Shown here piece by piece: positions 41,400 to 56,865 of a DNA stretch of 64,000 nucleotides. The position numbers and the translations under genes were made by a program. The stretch covers positions 52,328,001 to 52,392,000 of the forward strand of contig OZ024744.1 of the NCBI GenBank assembly GCA_964016885.1, read 5' to 3'. The first letter of the stretch is position 1, and every line of letters starts with the position of its first letter. The DNA is from Eledone cirrhosa. Its lineage: Eukaryota. The notes beneath the pieces are model-generated. The model did no database searches, had not been told where the DNA came from, and saw only the letters and a list, made by a program, of their open reading frames with translations.

Positions 41400-42324
41400 A
41401 AATTTCAAGACTAAAATCCAAAGAGGGCTCGATAAGGATAAATATATATCAAATATATAAGAACCGTAGAGCAAATATTTATTAAAATAACAGATTAAAG
41501 TTTAAGCAAAGAATCCCTGCTTTCACGCTTAACGGGATCTTCTGAAACTAACAAAGTCAATCTGTAAACGCAGAAGTGGATATTTCAAAAAACGTTGCAA
41601 CCGGAGGAAGACAGGAAGACGATACTTTGGTTCGTGGAAACGTTCCCTGGCAAAGAACGGGAAAAAACGAATAATACGTCATTAATAGGAGCGATGAAAA
41701 ACAATTACGCGCAAAGACAGAACCACGTTTATGGTATAAAAGAGGTCGTAGACTAATGTTCTCTTAGGTGGTTCATAGAGACGTTCTCTGGCAATGAACG
41801 AAAAAAACGAAGATAATACGTCATATGTGGAGCGTGGAGAACAATAGCACGCAAAGACAAAACCACGTAAATGGTATAGCAGAAGTCGTAGACTAAAATT
41901 CTAGCTAGGAGACTGAATGAATCTCCGCTACAGAGTTAAGAACAAAGTAAATAAATACAATACAGAAGTAATAGAAATAAATAAATACATACACGCAAAC
42001 AAATACGTACATACACAAGCATACGCAAAACACTTACCATAGGTATACAAAACCACGCACATACAAATATGTGTCTGTGTGTATGCGTGTATACAAATAA
42101 ATAAATAAATAATTATATTAACGTATATAAATAAATAAATACGTAAATAACAAGCGCACACACATACCCACATGTAAATACACGAATGTTCGGAGACGAA
42201 AGTCAACCAAAACATGAAGTACACATATACACACACCCTACATACGTACGAACCTGCATACTCACACAGACGCAAAACTCCCGTATACACATAGTCAAAC
42301 CATATGTACCAGAATAAAAAAAAA

Positions 42325-42355
<31 letters not shown>

Positions 42356-42668
42356 AAAATAATAATAGTTTATACGCCATAACATAAACAATCAAATATA
42401 CATACGAGAAGGTATACGTACCTTCACGAAACATGCGGGTAAAATTACTTACCTATGCAAATAAGTAATGGTATAAACAAAACATATACTTAGCTCCCAC
42501 ATCAAGACGTAAAATATCCACGTATAGATCGTACTATCCATTAGGGTATAACGTGGGGCTGTAATACAGGAAAGTTTTGTGCAATTTATGTTTACAAGCC
42601 GAAATTGCCTCAGATTTTTTGTTTAAGATGTGGTCTGTGGCGTAGAGTATTTCCAGGGCCTCAGCATT
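41400..42668 (-). mobile_element. PLE 3' fragment: GIY-YIG tail, 3' region with a ~141-bp tandem duplication, degenerate HHR
   Basis: EALEILYATDHILNKKSEAISACKH (42530-42668); duplication 41640-41765 / 41781-41905; cagaaga...gaaagc at ~41515-41545. Confidence 0.65.
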
Positions 42669-42840
42669 TTTTCCAATTCCAACCTGCCCGTCTCGCCAAT
42701 CTATCTTATTTCCCATTCTTTCTTCTGATGAAGGACTGGCGTCCGAAATGTCAAGACCTTCTTGCTATATCAAGCGTTAACCTAATATATCCCTTCCATA
42801 TACTGTACTGATTGTGTTGTTATTTCTGTTTACCTTTTAC
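42665..42840 (+). mobile_element. ~170-bp HHR-bearing short element, copy 2 (intact HHR 42721-42756)
   Basis: tctt-CTGATGA-aGGACtggcGTCC-GAAA-tGTC-aaga. Confidence 0.85.
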
Positions 42841-43419
42841 ATATATATATATATAGGAAAATGTTAAAGGACCCCTATCGTCCACCTGGTATATATATAT
42901 GTGTGTGTGTGTGTACAACTACCTAATCGCGTATGTGTTGCACATATGAATACATACCTCTATACAGGTTTCTATATATGTGTGTATATATATCCATATA
43001 TGTGGATGCGTGTGAATTCGTGGTGGTTAATGTGTTCGGTTCACGATCGTAAGGTCACAAATTTGATTCATGGCGGCGCGTTCTGTCCTTGAGCAAGATA
43101 TTTTACTTGACGTTGGTGGATCCGACAGAGGTTATACAAAAGTAACAACATATGTATATATATCTCTCTTCGGCTGAGAATGATGTTGAGCTTTATCATC
43201 CCTGAAACTCTTTCCTGGAGAAATCATGTCCGCAATATAGCAATCGCAATATACCAAAGAGAAAGCTTCTGTTTTAGCACCAGAAAATACTTCCCTTTCT
43301 CCTACGAAATCTATCTATTTATCTATCTCTTTCCCACCCTCTCTCTCTTTTATGTATATATATATTAAAATAACAGATTAAAGTTTAAGCAAAGAATCGC
43401 TGCTTTCACTATTTATTAC

Positions 43420-44451
<1,032 letters not shown>

Positions 44452-44600
44452 GATATGAAACGAAAGGAGGTGTGTGGATACTAAAAACAAGGTTTAGGAT
44501 GGTGGTTAGGACGGAACAAGAGGAGAAAGGAAGAAAGGAGTTTCCTTCGTCAGCTGTAAATGTTTCCCGATCCGATGTTTCGGCGCTGAATTACAGGACA

Positions 44601-45669
44601 TCAATTTATTGTGTGTTACAATTGTTTCGCCGGCAGACAGCTCGAGACACGATCATTGTGTGGATCTGTCTGATTCCGGATCTGCAGGTTCGTCGGACAC
44701 TTCGAAATACTTCGGATCAAATTTTCTCACTGGGGTGTTATCGTCAATAAACATCCTCTTCGCTCGTCCTGCTATTGGCTGTTGTTTTTCTACGTTATCA
44801 TAAATTTTGACCAACAGGTTCTGTCACACTGACCATCAGCTGCCCTTCTTCCTCCCACACTTCAATGAATCCCTGCTGGGTTTGGTAGTTCAGACGTCCT
44901 TGCGCGCACTCACACACACACATATATATACACACACACTCATATAAATAACAACATCCGTACGCATATACTCCCGCTATACATACGCACTTAAAGAGAA
45001 CCCATAAAGCTATAGACATACGCGTCTACAGACGCCTGCCCACATGCCCACGTACATCAACTCAAACACACACACGCACACACATGCATACGCGTATATC
45101 TACTCGTATACACAAACACGTACACACATATTCATAGACACGCACATTCACACACATGTCCATATATAAAGGCACAAAAACAGACTCGCTCGCAAACACA
45201 TATATATGTATATATATATATATATATATACATATGTATACACACAAACAAGCCCTTACCCTACAGTGAGTGCGCGTACACACACACTCTTACAAATATG
45301 TGCCTATTACCTACTGGCCAACGCACGTCTACAATGATACACACATCCATACACATACATGTATATATATACACAGTGTTGAACAAAAGGGTGACGATGG
45401 TTGCCGAGCACTGTACGCCGTAATTCGGGATGTTTGTTTGCAAACAAACCGAACATTATAATAAATATTCGGTAAACCCATACGTACATATATATATGTG
45501 TACATGTATGTATATATATATGACGCTAACACCCCAGTGAGAAAATTTGACCCGAAGTTATTAGAAGTGTCCGACGAACCTGAAGATCCGGAATCAGACA
45601 GATCCACACAATGATCGTGTCTCGAGCTGTCTGCCGGCGAAACAATTGTAGTAACACACAATAAATTGA
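44601..45669. mobile_element. ~145-bp inverted repeats (44601-44746 / 45521-45669) containing a long-stem-II HHR (plus, 45577-45655)
   Basis: CTGAAGA-tCCGGaatCAGACAG...CTGTCTGCCGGc-GAAA-caattgt-A; the left copy has CTGCAGA. Confidence 0.72.
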
Positions 45670-45693
45670 GTTCGGATACATCACTGATTTTTC

Positions 45694-45815
<122 letters not shown>

Positions 45816-46236
45816 TATATATATAATTATATATATACATCAATAATATTAATAAATGGAAACTATCTTTATAAAACCATATTTATTTTATTATATATAT
45901 TTCAAGGGTTCGAAAATTTTGGCACGCTCATAATTATATATATATATAGATACATGCTGAACACTGAGATGGCTTAAATACCATGCAAAGAAAGTAAACT
46001 AGAATGAGGGTTATGGAAGAAAGATATTCCCTTACACAAACTAATCCCCAACCCATGGACTAGCTGTACAATCTCTGAGGTTTCTATACATTTTACGCGC
46101 ACGCTCATACCCAAATTGTACAGACATACACAAGTTAAAATTTAGCAATGACAATTTCGTACCACGAGGAGGCGAGGAAAATGACAGTCTGTTTTTGCAC
46201 ATACGCTCTCTCTCTCTATATATATATGTGTGTGTT

Positions 46237-46278
<42 letters not shown>

Positions 46279-46281
<3 letters not shown>

Positions 46282-46450
46282 CCAATTCCATCCCGCCCGG
46301 CCCATCAATCTATCTTATTTCTCACTCTTTCTTCTGATGAAGGCTAGCATTCGGCACGTTAAGGCCCTCCTCCTGCTATTTCAAGTGTTAACCTAATATA
46401 TTTCTTCCATATACTGTACCGATTGTGTTGTTATTTCTGTTTACTTTTTA
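46279..46450 (+). mobile_element. ~170-bp HHR-bearing short element, copy 3 (decayed HHR)
   Basis: Same ends as copies 1 and 2; CTGATGA retained, GAAA lost. Confidence 0.8.
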
Positions 46451-46539
46451 CACATATATATATATATTATGAAATACTGTTGGCTTCACGCTCACAACAA
46501 TTTCTATACTTTAATTTATATATATATATATATATATTT

Positions 46540-46780
46540 CATATGATTCCAATTCCTCAGAGAAATAACAACGCAACTGGGAGCTGGACATATCGGAGTA
46601 TTGACGGAGTGAAACATACTTCAACAACATGTGTACCCGTCTCTACCACACCAATTCGGACTGCCTGAAGACGTGATGATGGATGACTTTTTGTACAATT
46701 CTCGTATAATATATCTCGCATCCATTACACCTTGTAAATACGAAACTGTTGTTCACAACATCAATATATATGTATCTATA
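46540..46780 (+). mobile_element. PLE terminus homologous to the right arm of the 13.1-13.55 kb palindrome, HHR-like with a long stem II
   Basis: catatgattccaattcctcagagaaataacaac...actgcCTGAAGA...GAAAc. Confidence 0.65.
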
Positions 46781-46917
46781 TGATTGTTCAGTTGAACAGG
46801 AGGTTAATTATATGTACAAACATTGATAATGCTGCGATGATTCCAAACGAAAGTTTGGAAGAAACGATTGTCAGCAATGAAATGATTTGAACATAACTTT
46901 TATAATTGTGTATTTTA

Positions 46918-47025
<108 letters not shown>

Positions 47026-47027
47026 TT

Positions 47028-47117
<90 letters not shown>

Positions 47118-47272
47118 AAATGTACTTTATTTCTTAGCTTGGCTATGTTCAATATACTTTAAAATAGTATAAGTATTAAATAACATATTTGTATTAAAAC
47201 ATTTATAAGGTATTAAATGTTTTAGGAAATATATTCTATCATTTTAATTTGTTGTCTGTTACACAGACACAA

Positions 47273-47449
<177 letters not shown>

Positions 47450-47744
47450 TTGTATAGAATCTATTGTCAGAAGACTGGGCAGAAGACAAAAAAGAGCAGT
47501 ACACGATATTTAGTGAAATAGCGATGCCGGCCGGCCGGCGTCAGTACTATTCTTGGCAGCGCTGTCTGTCTCAGAAGCAATACAATATACATGAAGAAGC
47601 AGGGTCGGGAAAGATTTACATGAAGTTAAAAGTTGAAAGGAAAGGGCAGTAATAGGAAAAAGGAGTCATTGGTAGATAGGTAATAATATGTAGAACTAAC
47701 TGTAGAGAGTAGAGTAGGTTAGAGGAAGTAACTGATGAGTCTAG

Positions 47745-48330
47745 CAGCAACACTGACAGCAACAATAACAACAATGACAACAACACTGAAAATAAAAAGG
47801 AAAACAACAACAACGAGAACAATAACGACAACAATAACGACAACGACAACAATTAAGACAACGACAACAATAACGACAACGACAACAACAACGACAACAA
47901 TAACGACAACAATAACCACAACAACAACAACAACAACAACGTCAACAATAACGACAAAAACAACGACAATAACAACGTCAACAATAACGACAACAACGGT
48001 GACAACAACAACAACAACGACAAGATCGATGACAAGAACGATGTCAACGACAAAGGCAACAACAAAAATGACAACGACAAGACAACGACGACGACAACAA
48101 CAACAACGGCAACAACAACGATGAAAACAACGATGACAACGACGATGACAACAACACCAATAACGACAACGACAGTAACAACGACAACGACAACAACATC
48201 GACGACCACAACAACAACGATGAAAATAACAACGACGACAACAACAATTGCAATAACGATGAGGACAACAAGAACGAGAACAACGACAAGAACAACGGAG
48301 ATGACAATAAGAGGGTTAGCTACAACAACA
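47745..48330. repeat. Degenerate (ACA/ACG/ATA)n trinucleotide array
   Basis: Produces spurious poly-Thr and poly-Val ORFs. Confidence 0.9.
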
Positions 48331-48585
48331 AATGTATACATACATGAATCTTGTCATTCTTTTATCGTCTGATTACTGTGTCCGTCCTGTTTCATGTCTA
48401 TTATTTCATAATTGATTAATTAATTTGTTAATTAATTAATATAGCCAACTAATCTCCACAACTTTTCTATTTAATCTTCATAAACAATTAGACGTATATG
48501 AGGGTAATCAATATTGGTTTCTCACTAACTAGAGCACCACATGTCTGTAGACTATTGATTCTCGTAATACTTGGCTACATACATA

Positions 48586-49525
48586 CATGGTGGCTGCCAA
48601 CTCGTTTTCGAGTACGGCCACTACCTTATATCCATGTAGGAGAACCCCTACCAATGCGCTGAACGAGTGTGACTTTTTAGTCCAGCCAGCGACTTGAAAA
48701 CTCTGGTACAAACACTACACTTGTGACAATTATTGACACACAGTGCTGGGCCCATGGTACCATGTGACGACAAGTGCAGAGAGATCTCCAGATATAAAGT
48801 AATGCCTGTGCCGTGAAGCTTTTATAGTGAGCAAAGGCACTGCACAAAGCCAGTCCCACTCTCTTAACCAAGATGATATTTACCAAAAAGAAGAACAATT
48901 CAACATCATTGGATACATACATACATACATACATACATACATACATACATACATACATACATACATACATACATACATGATAGTTGCCCCCTCGTTATCG
49001 AGTATGACCATTGCACGATATACCATTATTAATTAATTCTATCGTGCAATGCATGTGCGTGAAGATATTTTTTAAAGTGAGGAAAGACTGTGCACTGAGC
49101 CAATCCCACTCTCTGAGCGACAGTAGCTATAACCCGCAAAATCGGTAACTACTGAGCCGCAGGTTTTATATCGGAGTTATCCCAGGTTTCTGGGTTGCCT
49201 TCTCCTGGAAGAATGCCCTGACGAATTCTCCTGAAGAATGTCCAGCCCGACTATTTCTATGTCCCCGCGCATATACATACACATGCACCAATGTATATAC
49301 ACATATGTACATGTGTATATACATATTTACACACCTTTGGAGAGCCATTGACTCTTATGAGTTCTTCCGCCCTTTGTCAGGTTTTGTTTTTTGTCCTGCA
49401 GGATGTCCAAAATCACCCTTCTCACCAAGTAAACTTGGTGGGGTTGCCCGTTTAGTCACCCGACGACCCGACCATGTGACAGGTGTACTGGTTTCGATGT
49501 TACCAGTAGAACTCAAGAGTGACCC
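48586..49525 (-). mobile_element. Tandem RTE-related elements (family B 48586-48916, family A 48976-49525) in (ACAT)n
   Basis: Reverse complements of the 37.4-kb and 20.8-kb elements, separated by (ACAT)n. Confidence 0.8.
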
Positions 49526-50739
49526 GACATGCATACATACGTACACACACACAGTCAACGCGATCAGTCGTATATTTTGGCGTGGGAGACTATTTATTAA
49601 ATTTAAGATGAATACTATCTCCGACAGTTATGCCACAACTACATTCATGTTGAACAACTGTTTATTCTTCTAACTAGCCCTTCTGAAGACACCTTTTATT
49701 CGAATTCGTAGAGATATCCGACTAAATACATAATTCATTTTACAAGGATTTGCTACAAACAGCATGGCTGAACACAACATCAACAACAAAATTAAGGAAG
49801 TATCGAAGACAAACAACGATAAAGGTAAACAAACTTTATTCAGTTGTAGCTACAGAAGAAACCGAAATTATAAATCGCATTTCTCTTGGAGTTGCGAACT
49901 TAATAATGATTTATTTAAGAACAGGACTAGTTAGGAAATTACAAGTACAATCCCTTAATGGATCAGTAAAAATATGTAAAACATTGCAAAGATTTTGCAT
50001 CTAATAACTGCATATACACATGTACAGATACAACTCAAAACATCCACATCCACACATACAATAACATTAATATCCACACATGCATGCATGCAGACATACA
50101 TACATATCTACCTAGATGGTGTTGTGTAAATTCCAATCAGAGAGTCTCGTGTCTGTGTTAGAAACCGACTCTCTCTCTATTGGCAAACATTTGTGAAATT
50201 ATAAAACATACGTGCATACACACATAGTCATATATATAAAGGAAAAAATAACACGAGGAACTTCCACGTGGTCGTTCGACCTGCTAGAAATCGCAATCAC
50301 ATAACTCACAAAGAATATATATAGTGCTACATCATTATCATGATGTAGCCTCAGCCGAAATGAACCCAACGATAGTTCCCGATATGTCTGTCTCTCATTG
50401 CATTGCATTGACTCCATATGTCAAACAATACCTGAGTCCCCTGGCTTGTGACATCGTTTGACAGATGTTTGTTTCCAAAGCCCTTAAGGAGATATAGCTT
50501 TGTATGTGGTGTGTTGGCAATGTCCTGCAAATCGCAGAATATCAGAAATACGAGGGAGATCATCGCATATTGCTCTAAGACTCTTTTGTAGCCTCCATTT
50601 TATGTTTTGAGCCCGAGGAAGCAAGGAGGTAGATGCTCCATTTAGGTGCTGCTAGGAATTTTCTCTGATGTTCTAACCATTCTATGCCTTTAACTTTCTC
50701 ACAGCAGTTAAAAAACAACAACAATATATAATGGTTTCA

Positions 50740-50947
50740 GAGGTAAGCACAGAACAAACAGTTACTTGGTGGGAAAGTCAATTAAATCGATCCCAGTGCA
50801 TTCCTGGTACATTGCTGGGACTGACTTTATTATATTGACCCCGTAAGGATGAAAGGTTGAATTTGAACTCATAAAGTTAAGGGCCGTAAATCTATATTGT
50901 AAAGCATTGTTTCTGATGCTCTACCGATACTGCCAATCCAGCGCCCT
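50740..50947 (-). mobile_element. SINE family 1, diverged (others at ~54670-54845, ~53990-54090, ~39440-39520, ~24470-24565)
   Basis: gaccccgtaaggatgaaagg...ctctaccgatactgccaatccagcgccc. Confidence 0.75.
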
Positions 50948-51157
50948 AAAATTAATAATAAATAAACAAAATGACACCTAGGATAATATAGTCTTATATG
51001 TATTAGATATACTTTGGAATTGCTAAGCTTGGAAATTCTTTCACAATATATCGACCACAGGGGGATTTAACTACAGGAGTAAACAACAATACAACTTCAG
51101 GTAATGTGAATATCACTATATGGTCGTTCGAACGATTGGATATTAAAACTGTTATAC

Positions 51158-51219
51158 TCTGCTATGTATTGAGTACCTTACTTACTGTGGTTACCTCCGA
51201 TTCAACCTGGAATAACTTA

Positions 51220-51269
<50 letters not shown>

Positions 51270-52484
51270 TAAATCATGTCCTTAGAATTATTAGATAAAA
51301 TATATACCATTTCCTCTCCCAATTAGCATAATTAACCATATAAAAAATCAATTAGACCAGGCTATAAGAATAAAGGCTCCTATGAAGAAATATTTAATAA
51401 ATAACTGAAAGCAGCCTCTACGCGGTGACCCCAATAGGGTATTTATCCAACATTTCAACAGCATGTAGAAACTGACTAAATATACCGTCAACCATACACA
51501 ATTAGGTGTAAATTTAAACTTAGAAGAAACGTGTACATACCGTAATAACATCTCTACCATGGTTTCGTCCGTATTTTTAAATATTCTATTGTTAGGATGA
51601 ACCTAGAGTAACAGACTCTTCAGGAGTCAAACTCAAGTTGGACGAAACCATGGTAGAGATGTAATTACGGTATGTACACGTTTCTTCTAAGTTTAAATTT
51701 ACACCTAACTGTGTATGGTTCTAAGGACATGATTTATGATATATTGCTCTGATTATTTAATTTATTAGTTCTTCATTGAGCCACAACGTGACCAGTTGCC
51801 ACATATATATCTATGACTTTATGTATATGTAAATCTTTATATTTAATAATCTCCTGTTGGGTTGAGATACAATTGGGCGATATTGGGCTGCGCTTTCTAG
51901 CAACCAGCCTACTCGCCGTAAGCAACTAATCACATTCTTTCTAACTTGACCACTGCTACATCACGATTCTTAGCCATTTTTAAATCTATTTTTGGCGCGA
52001 TCGTTTTGGAAAATTAACTGTCCAACTTGAGTTTGTCTCCTGATGAGTTTGTTACTCTAGGTTCATCCTAAGAATAGGATATCTAAAAATACGGACGAAA
52101 CCATGGTAGAGATGTAATTACGGTATGTAGACATTTCTTCTAAGTTTAAATTTACACCTAATTGTGTATGGTTGACGGTATATTTAGTCAGTTTCTACAT
52201 GCTGTTGAAATATTGGGTAAATACCCTATTGGGGTCAACCGCAAAGAGGCCGCTTTCGGTTATTTATTAAATATTTCTTCATAGGAGCCTTTATTCTTAT
52301 AGCCTGGTCTAATTGATTTTTTATATGGTTAATTATGCTAATTGGGAGAGGAAATGGTATATATTTTATCTACTAATTCTAAAGACATGATTTATGATAT
52401 ATATATATATAGATATATAAATTAAGTTATTCCAGGTTGAATCGGAGGTAACCACAGTAAGTAAGGTACTCAATACATAGCAGA
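51158..52484. mobile_element. ~470-bp inverted repeats (51158-51643 / 52020-52484), PLE-type terminus
   Basis: Arms are reverse complements, each with an HHR; a third partial copy at 51640-51720. Confidence 0.88.
52036..52112 (+). ncRNA. Hammerhead ribozyme with extended stem II (mirror 51551-51627)
   Basis: tctc-CTGATGA-GTTTGT...ACGGAC-GAAA-ccatggt-A-gaga. Confidence 0.82.
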
Positions 52485-52491
52485 TATATAC

Positions 52492-52523
<32 letters not shown>

Positions 52524-53059
52524 GTATATATATAAATATATATATATATGTATATATATGTATATATATGTATATATATAAACCATAGAATTTGTCTAAA
52601 CAGATCAAATAGATTGCAGTGTTTTCATAAATTCATAATTTCAGTTTCATATTTCATCGTGTGTTGTCAATAACTGGAATATTTTCATATCTCTTCTCCC
52701 CTTTTAATTACAAGAATATTGGCTCCTGTAATGCAGTCAAAATAAGCGGACCATGATAAATCCAGTATCGCAACAAGTTGAAGAGTATATAAATTACTAG
52801 CTTAGAAAATCAAGTAAATTAATTGTATAGGCGGAAAAAGTGGGCAGAATCGAACTCGGTATCTTTCACATATCAGCTGGTGCTGTTTTTCTTAATGGCG
52901 AAACTACCCAACCCTAATTTAAGATATATTCTCCGTAGTAGCTGATGGCCACAATCTTTCCGTTCATAGGAGTATTTTACCCGATTTTGTAAGCTATTAG
53001 TTACTCTCTGCCTTTGAGATCCCTACATTTTCTATGGAGTTATAAATAATGTTTCGTTC

Positions 53060-53370
53060 ATAACCGTGTGAATGTCGCGGGAAGAATGAGCCGTTTCTCT
53101 TAGATGAGATGGAAAGCCTGTCCTGCTGTAGTGTCAAGTGACATTAAAGTTTCCTTGACGTCATCAATCCACTCCCTTCTAGGTTATTGTCTGGTATTTT
53201 GTGGCTAGACATCCTTGCGTTATACACACGATTGGCTATTTGAAAATGTGACATTCTGATGGCATGCTTAAAACACCATAGTCTTCGTTGTTGCATGTAA
53301 TGATGGATTGGTTGATATGTGAATGCAGTAATGGTTCTGGATCTAACTTCCACAGTAATAGCTTAAAATG
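53060..53370 (-). pseudogene. Old RTE-like LINE C-terminal fragment
   Basis: EVRSRT...MQQRRLWCFKHAIRM resembles the RRLRWFGH..RM motif. Confidence 0.5.
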
Positions 53371-55259
53371 TATGTCTTGTTATAACGAATGTATTTTAAA
53401 AGAAAAATGTCCTTTAAGAAATCATTTGAGCTAAGAAAGAAGACAAAGATTAAGTACAGCAAAGATGTTCAACAATCTACTTAGAATCGACCGGAAGAGG
53501 ATAATATCATTTGTCGTCGCGAAGGAATTTAAATCCTACTGGCAAAAATTCTCACGTATTTAGGTTTTCGCTTAGAAATGTTGTATCAGATAGAAACATG
53601 CTTCATACGTATAATGTGGAATTAGTTACTGATTATTGGCGACAATAAAACTACTGGCTGTTAGTTGGCATTCAAGGAAGAAAATACTTAAATCCATTAA
53701 GAGACTCCCTAACTCGAAAGTATTCATCAAGTCAGGTAAATATTTGTACCTGCTCCGAATTGTATATCCATTGTCTAAAGCAGACTGGGAAAATTTTTAC
53801 CCAAACATGTCTGTAAAACATGATTTTCTTAGAGAAATATGTCGCCGAAGAATACAGGCTGAGGAATACGAGAAAAGTAATGTGGCTAGGATTTATTTAC
53901 AACATATCAACATGGAAAACTTCTATTATTATTATATCAAATGATGATTGCTTTGTTACAAAGGCGCGGGTCATAAATATGGCTGTAGGTAAAGTCAATT
54001 ATATCGACCTTAGTACTTAATTAGTACTATATTTTATGGAACATAGAAAAAGGAAAGTCAAAATTGGCTTCGGCAGGATTTGAATTTAGGATGCGAAGAC
54101 GGGGAACAAATACCACAAAACATTTGATCACCTTTTGGATTTTAAGAATGCATTTCTGGTGAACGATGGGAGACAAAACCCAACCATCAGTGGTTCAGTT
54201 ACAAAGACAGGAGGGTGACACCCACCAATTGTCAAGGCCCATCTTGCCAATGGACAGAATGTCAGTGACAAGGCTCTGTGGATCCGTCCATCACTATAAT
54301 CAAGGTATAATGCAAGTCAGCACTCAGATTTCTTGGAACTACAAGCAGATGGTGGGCCTTTCGTTGTGATGGTTGGAATACTATTCACATTTGAGACAAT
54401 GAATGAGTGTCATTTCCGTAGTATCTTCGATGGTGAGGGCACTCAGAAGATGTAGTGTATGTAGAATCAGTTGTCGTTCTCCGGATATCTGCACGAGCAC
54501 TTCCACCACTGTTCATTCGTTTTAAGAGCTATCAGTATCTAAAAGGTGGAGTCATAGACTTCTCCGATAATAGATGATCAACAAGAGTATTTGACTGGCA
54601 CTTCATTATATATCTTCACATGAAGTCACAATGCAAAGTGGTGTTCTTTCACAACATAATAACATCAACAATTATTTCTGATTTAGGCTCAGTGACAACA
54701 ATTTTGGAGGAGGCGTAAGTCGATTAAATCGACCCTAGTGTATTACTGGTACTTTATTTTATCAACCCCGTAAGAATGAAAGACAAAGCTAACTTTACCG
54801 TAAAGCATATTGTTCGATGCTATACCGATATTGCCAATCCACACTCCCTCCAACAATATCAATGTTAAATGGGTTATCCTGTCTATTTTGTAAAGATAGA
54901 ATTATAAATGTGTTGTTTTTAATATAATTACTTTAATTATATGGGAGGTAGTTTCACAATTTTTTACCAATAGAGAGAGAGAGAGAGAGAAACGGTTTCT
55001 AACATAGATACAAGACTCTCTCTTTGGAATTTGCACAACATCGACTAGGTAGATAAGTATGTATATCTGCATGCATGTGTAGATATGGATATTATTGTAT
55101 GTGTGAATGTGGATGTTTTGAGTTGTATGTGTGCATGTGCATACGGTTAGTATCTGTACATGTGTATATGCAGTTATTAGATGCAGAATTGTTTGAATGT
55201 TTTACATATTTTTACTGTTCCTTTAATGGATTATACTTACAATTTCCTAACTAGTTGTG

Positions 55260-55440
55260 TTCTTTCTGTTCCTGTGAAGTCTAGCTTCTCAATATTTGTA
55301 TTGAGGCAGTTACTAACATACCCCAGTGCCCCAATAATCACAGGCATAAATCTGAAGGTGTAATCATGGTGGAGTATTTGCAGATTTCTCATTAGTTCTG
55401 CATAGATATTCTCCTTTTCGCTACTATTTGATATTACATT
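55260..55440 (-). mobile_element. RLE-type (R4-like) fragment
   Basis: EKENIYAELMRNLQILHHDYTFRFMPVIIGALGYV. Confidence 0.7.
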
Positions 55441-55486
55441 GGCATTATGTATGTTTGTATGTATGTATGTATGTAAGTATGTATGA

Positions 55487-56605
55487 CCCCTTAGTCTTTG
55501 TCAAGGCAGAATTCTAGGAGAAGGAAAACTCTGATATAACACCTGCAACCCTGATGGTATCCAATGATGTTGACTTCTTCTTTTTGGTAAATATCATCTT
55601 GGTTAAGAGAGTGGGACTGGCTTTGTGCAGTGCCTTTGCTCACTATAAAAGCTTCACGGCACAGGCATTGCTTTATATCTGGAGATCTCTCTGCACTTGT
55701 CGTCACATGGTGCCATGGGCCCAGCACTATGTGTCAATAATTGTCACAAGTGTAGTGTTTGTACTAGAGTTTTCAAGTCGCTGGCTGGACTAAAAAGTCA
55801 CACTCGTTCAGCGCATCGGTAGGGGTTTTCCTACATGGATATAAAGTAGTGGCCGTACTCGAAAACGAGTTGGCAGCCACCATGTATGTATGTATGTATG
55901 TATGTATGTATGTATGTATGTATGTATGTATGTATGTATGTATGTATGTGTATGTATGCATGTATGTATTGTGTATGTATGTATGTATTGTTTCGTGTCA
56001 CTTTTGAGTGCTACTGGTAACATGTAACCGAGTACAACCGGTCGGGTCGTCGGTTACTAAATCGGCAACACCAACAAGTTTACTTGGTGAGGAGGGCGAT
56101 TTTGGACAGTCTGCAGGGCAAATAACAAAACCTGACAAAGGGTGGAAGAACTCATAAGAGTCAACGGCCATCCGAAACTGTGTAAATATGTATATGCACA
56201 TGTACAAATGTATGTATATGTGTATATACTTGGGTGCATGTGTATGTATATACGCGGGGACATAGAAATAGTCGGGTTGGACACACGATCGCGTAGTTAA
56301 ACCACTGGGAGTGAAGGACCTCTAGCCTTTGTCAGGGCATTCTTCTAGTAGAAGGTAACTCAGGAAACTGGGATAACACCGATATAAAACCTGCGGCTCA
56401 GTAGTTACTGATGATGTTGATCTTTTCTTCTTTTCGGGTTATAGCTACTGTCGCTCAGTGAGTGGGATTGGCTCAGTGCACAGTCTTTCCTCACTTTAAA
56501 AAATATCTTCACGCACAGGCATTGCCCGATAGAATTAATTAATAATTATTAATAATGTTATATCGTACAATGGCCATACTCGATGACGAGGGGGCAGCCA
56601 TCATG
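55487..56605 (+). mobile_element. Tandem RTE-related elements (family B 55487-55885, family A 55995-56605) in (ATGT)n
   Basis: Both end in ...ctcga..cgag..ggcagcca.catgtatgt. Confidence 0.8.
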
Positions 56606-56614
56606 TATGTGTGT

Positions 56615-56865
56615 ATGTAAGAAATGCATTGTGGAAGTTTCTCCAGAAACTTGGTTGCCCTGATAAGTTCCTTGTTTTGGTTAGGTCTTTCCATGATGAC
56701 ATGAAGACTTGGGTTAATGTCAGAGGTAACATGTCGGAGCCTATCTCACTAAAAAATGGAGTGAAACAGGGGATATTCCAGCACCGAACCTGTTTGCCAT
56801 ATACTTTGCAATGGTTGTCTATATTGCATTCAGGAATTGCGAGCATGGTGTTTACGTCCAATATC
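56615..56865 (+). pseudogene. RTE-BovB-like RT fragment
   Basis: RNALWKFLQKLGCPDKFLVLVRSFHDDMK...SEPISLKNGVKQG...APNLFAIYF. Confidence 0.85.

Noticed and set aside
47735-48372. Thr-rich mucin-like ORFs
   Set aside because: Degenerate trinucleotide array open in several frames; no signal peptide, splice context or non-repetitive domain.
53636-53944. 102-aa non-repetitive ORF
   Set aside because: No motif recognised; possibly a decayed transposon; cannot be assigned without a search.
48586-56605. Apparent large inverted segmental duplication
   Set aside because: The order of families A and B is not mirrored, so these are independent insertions.
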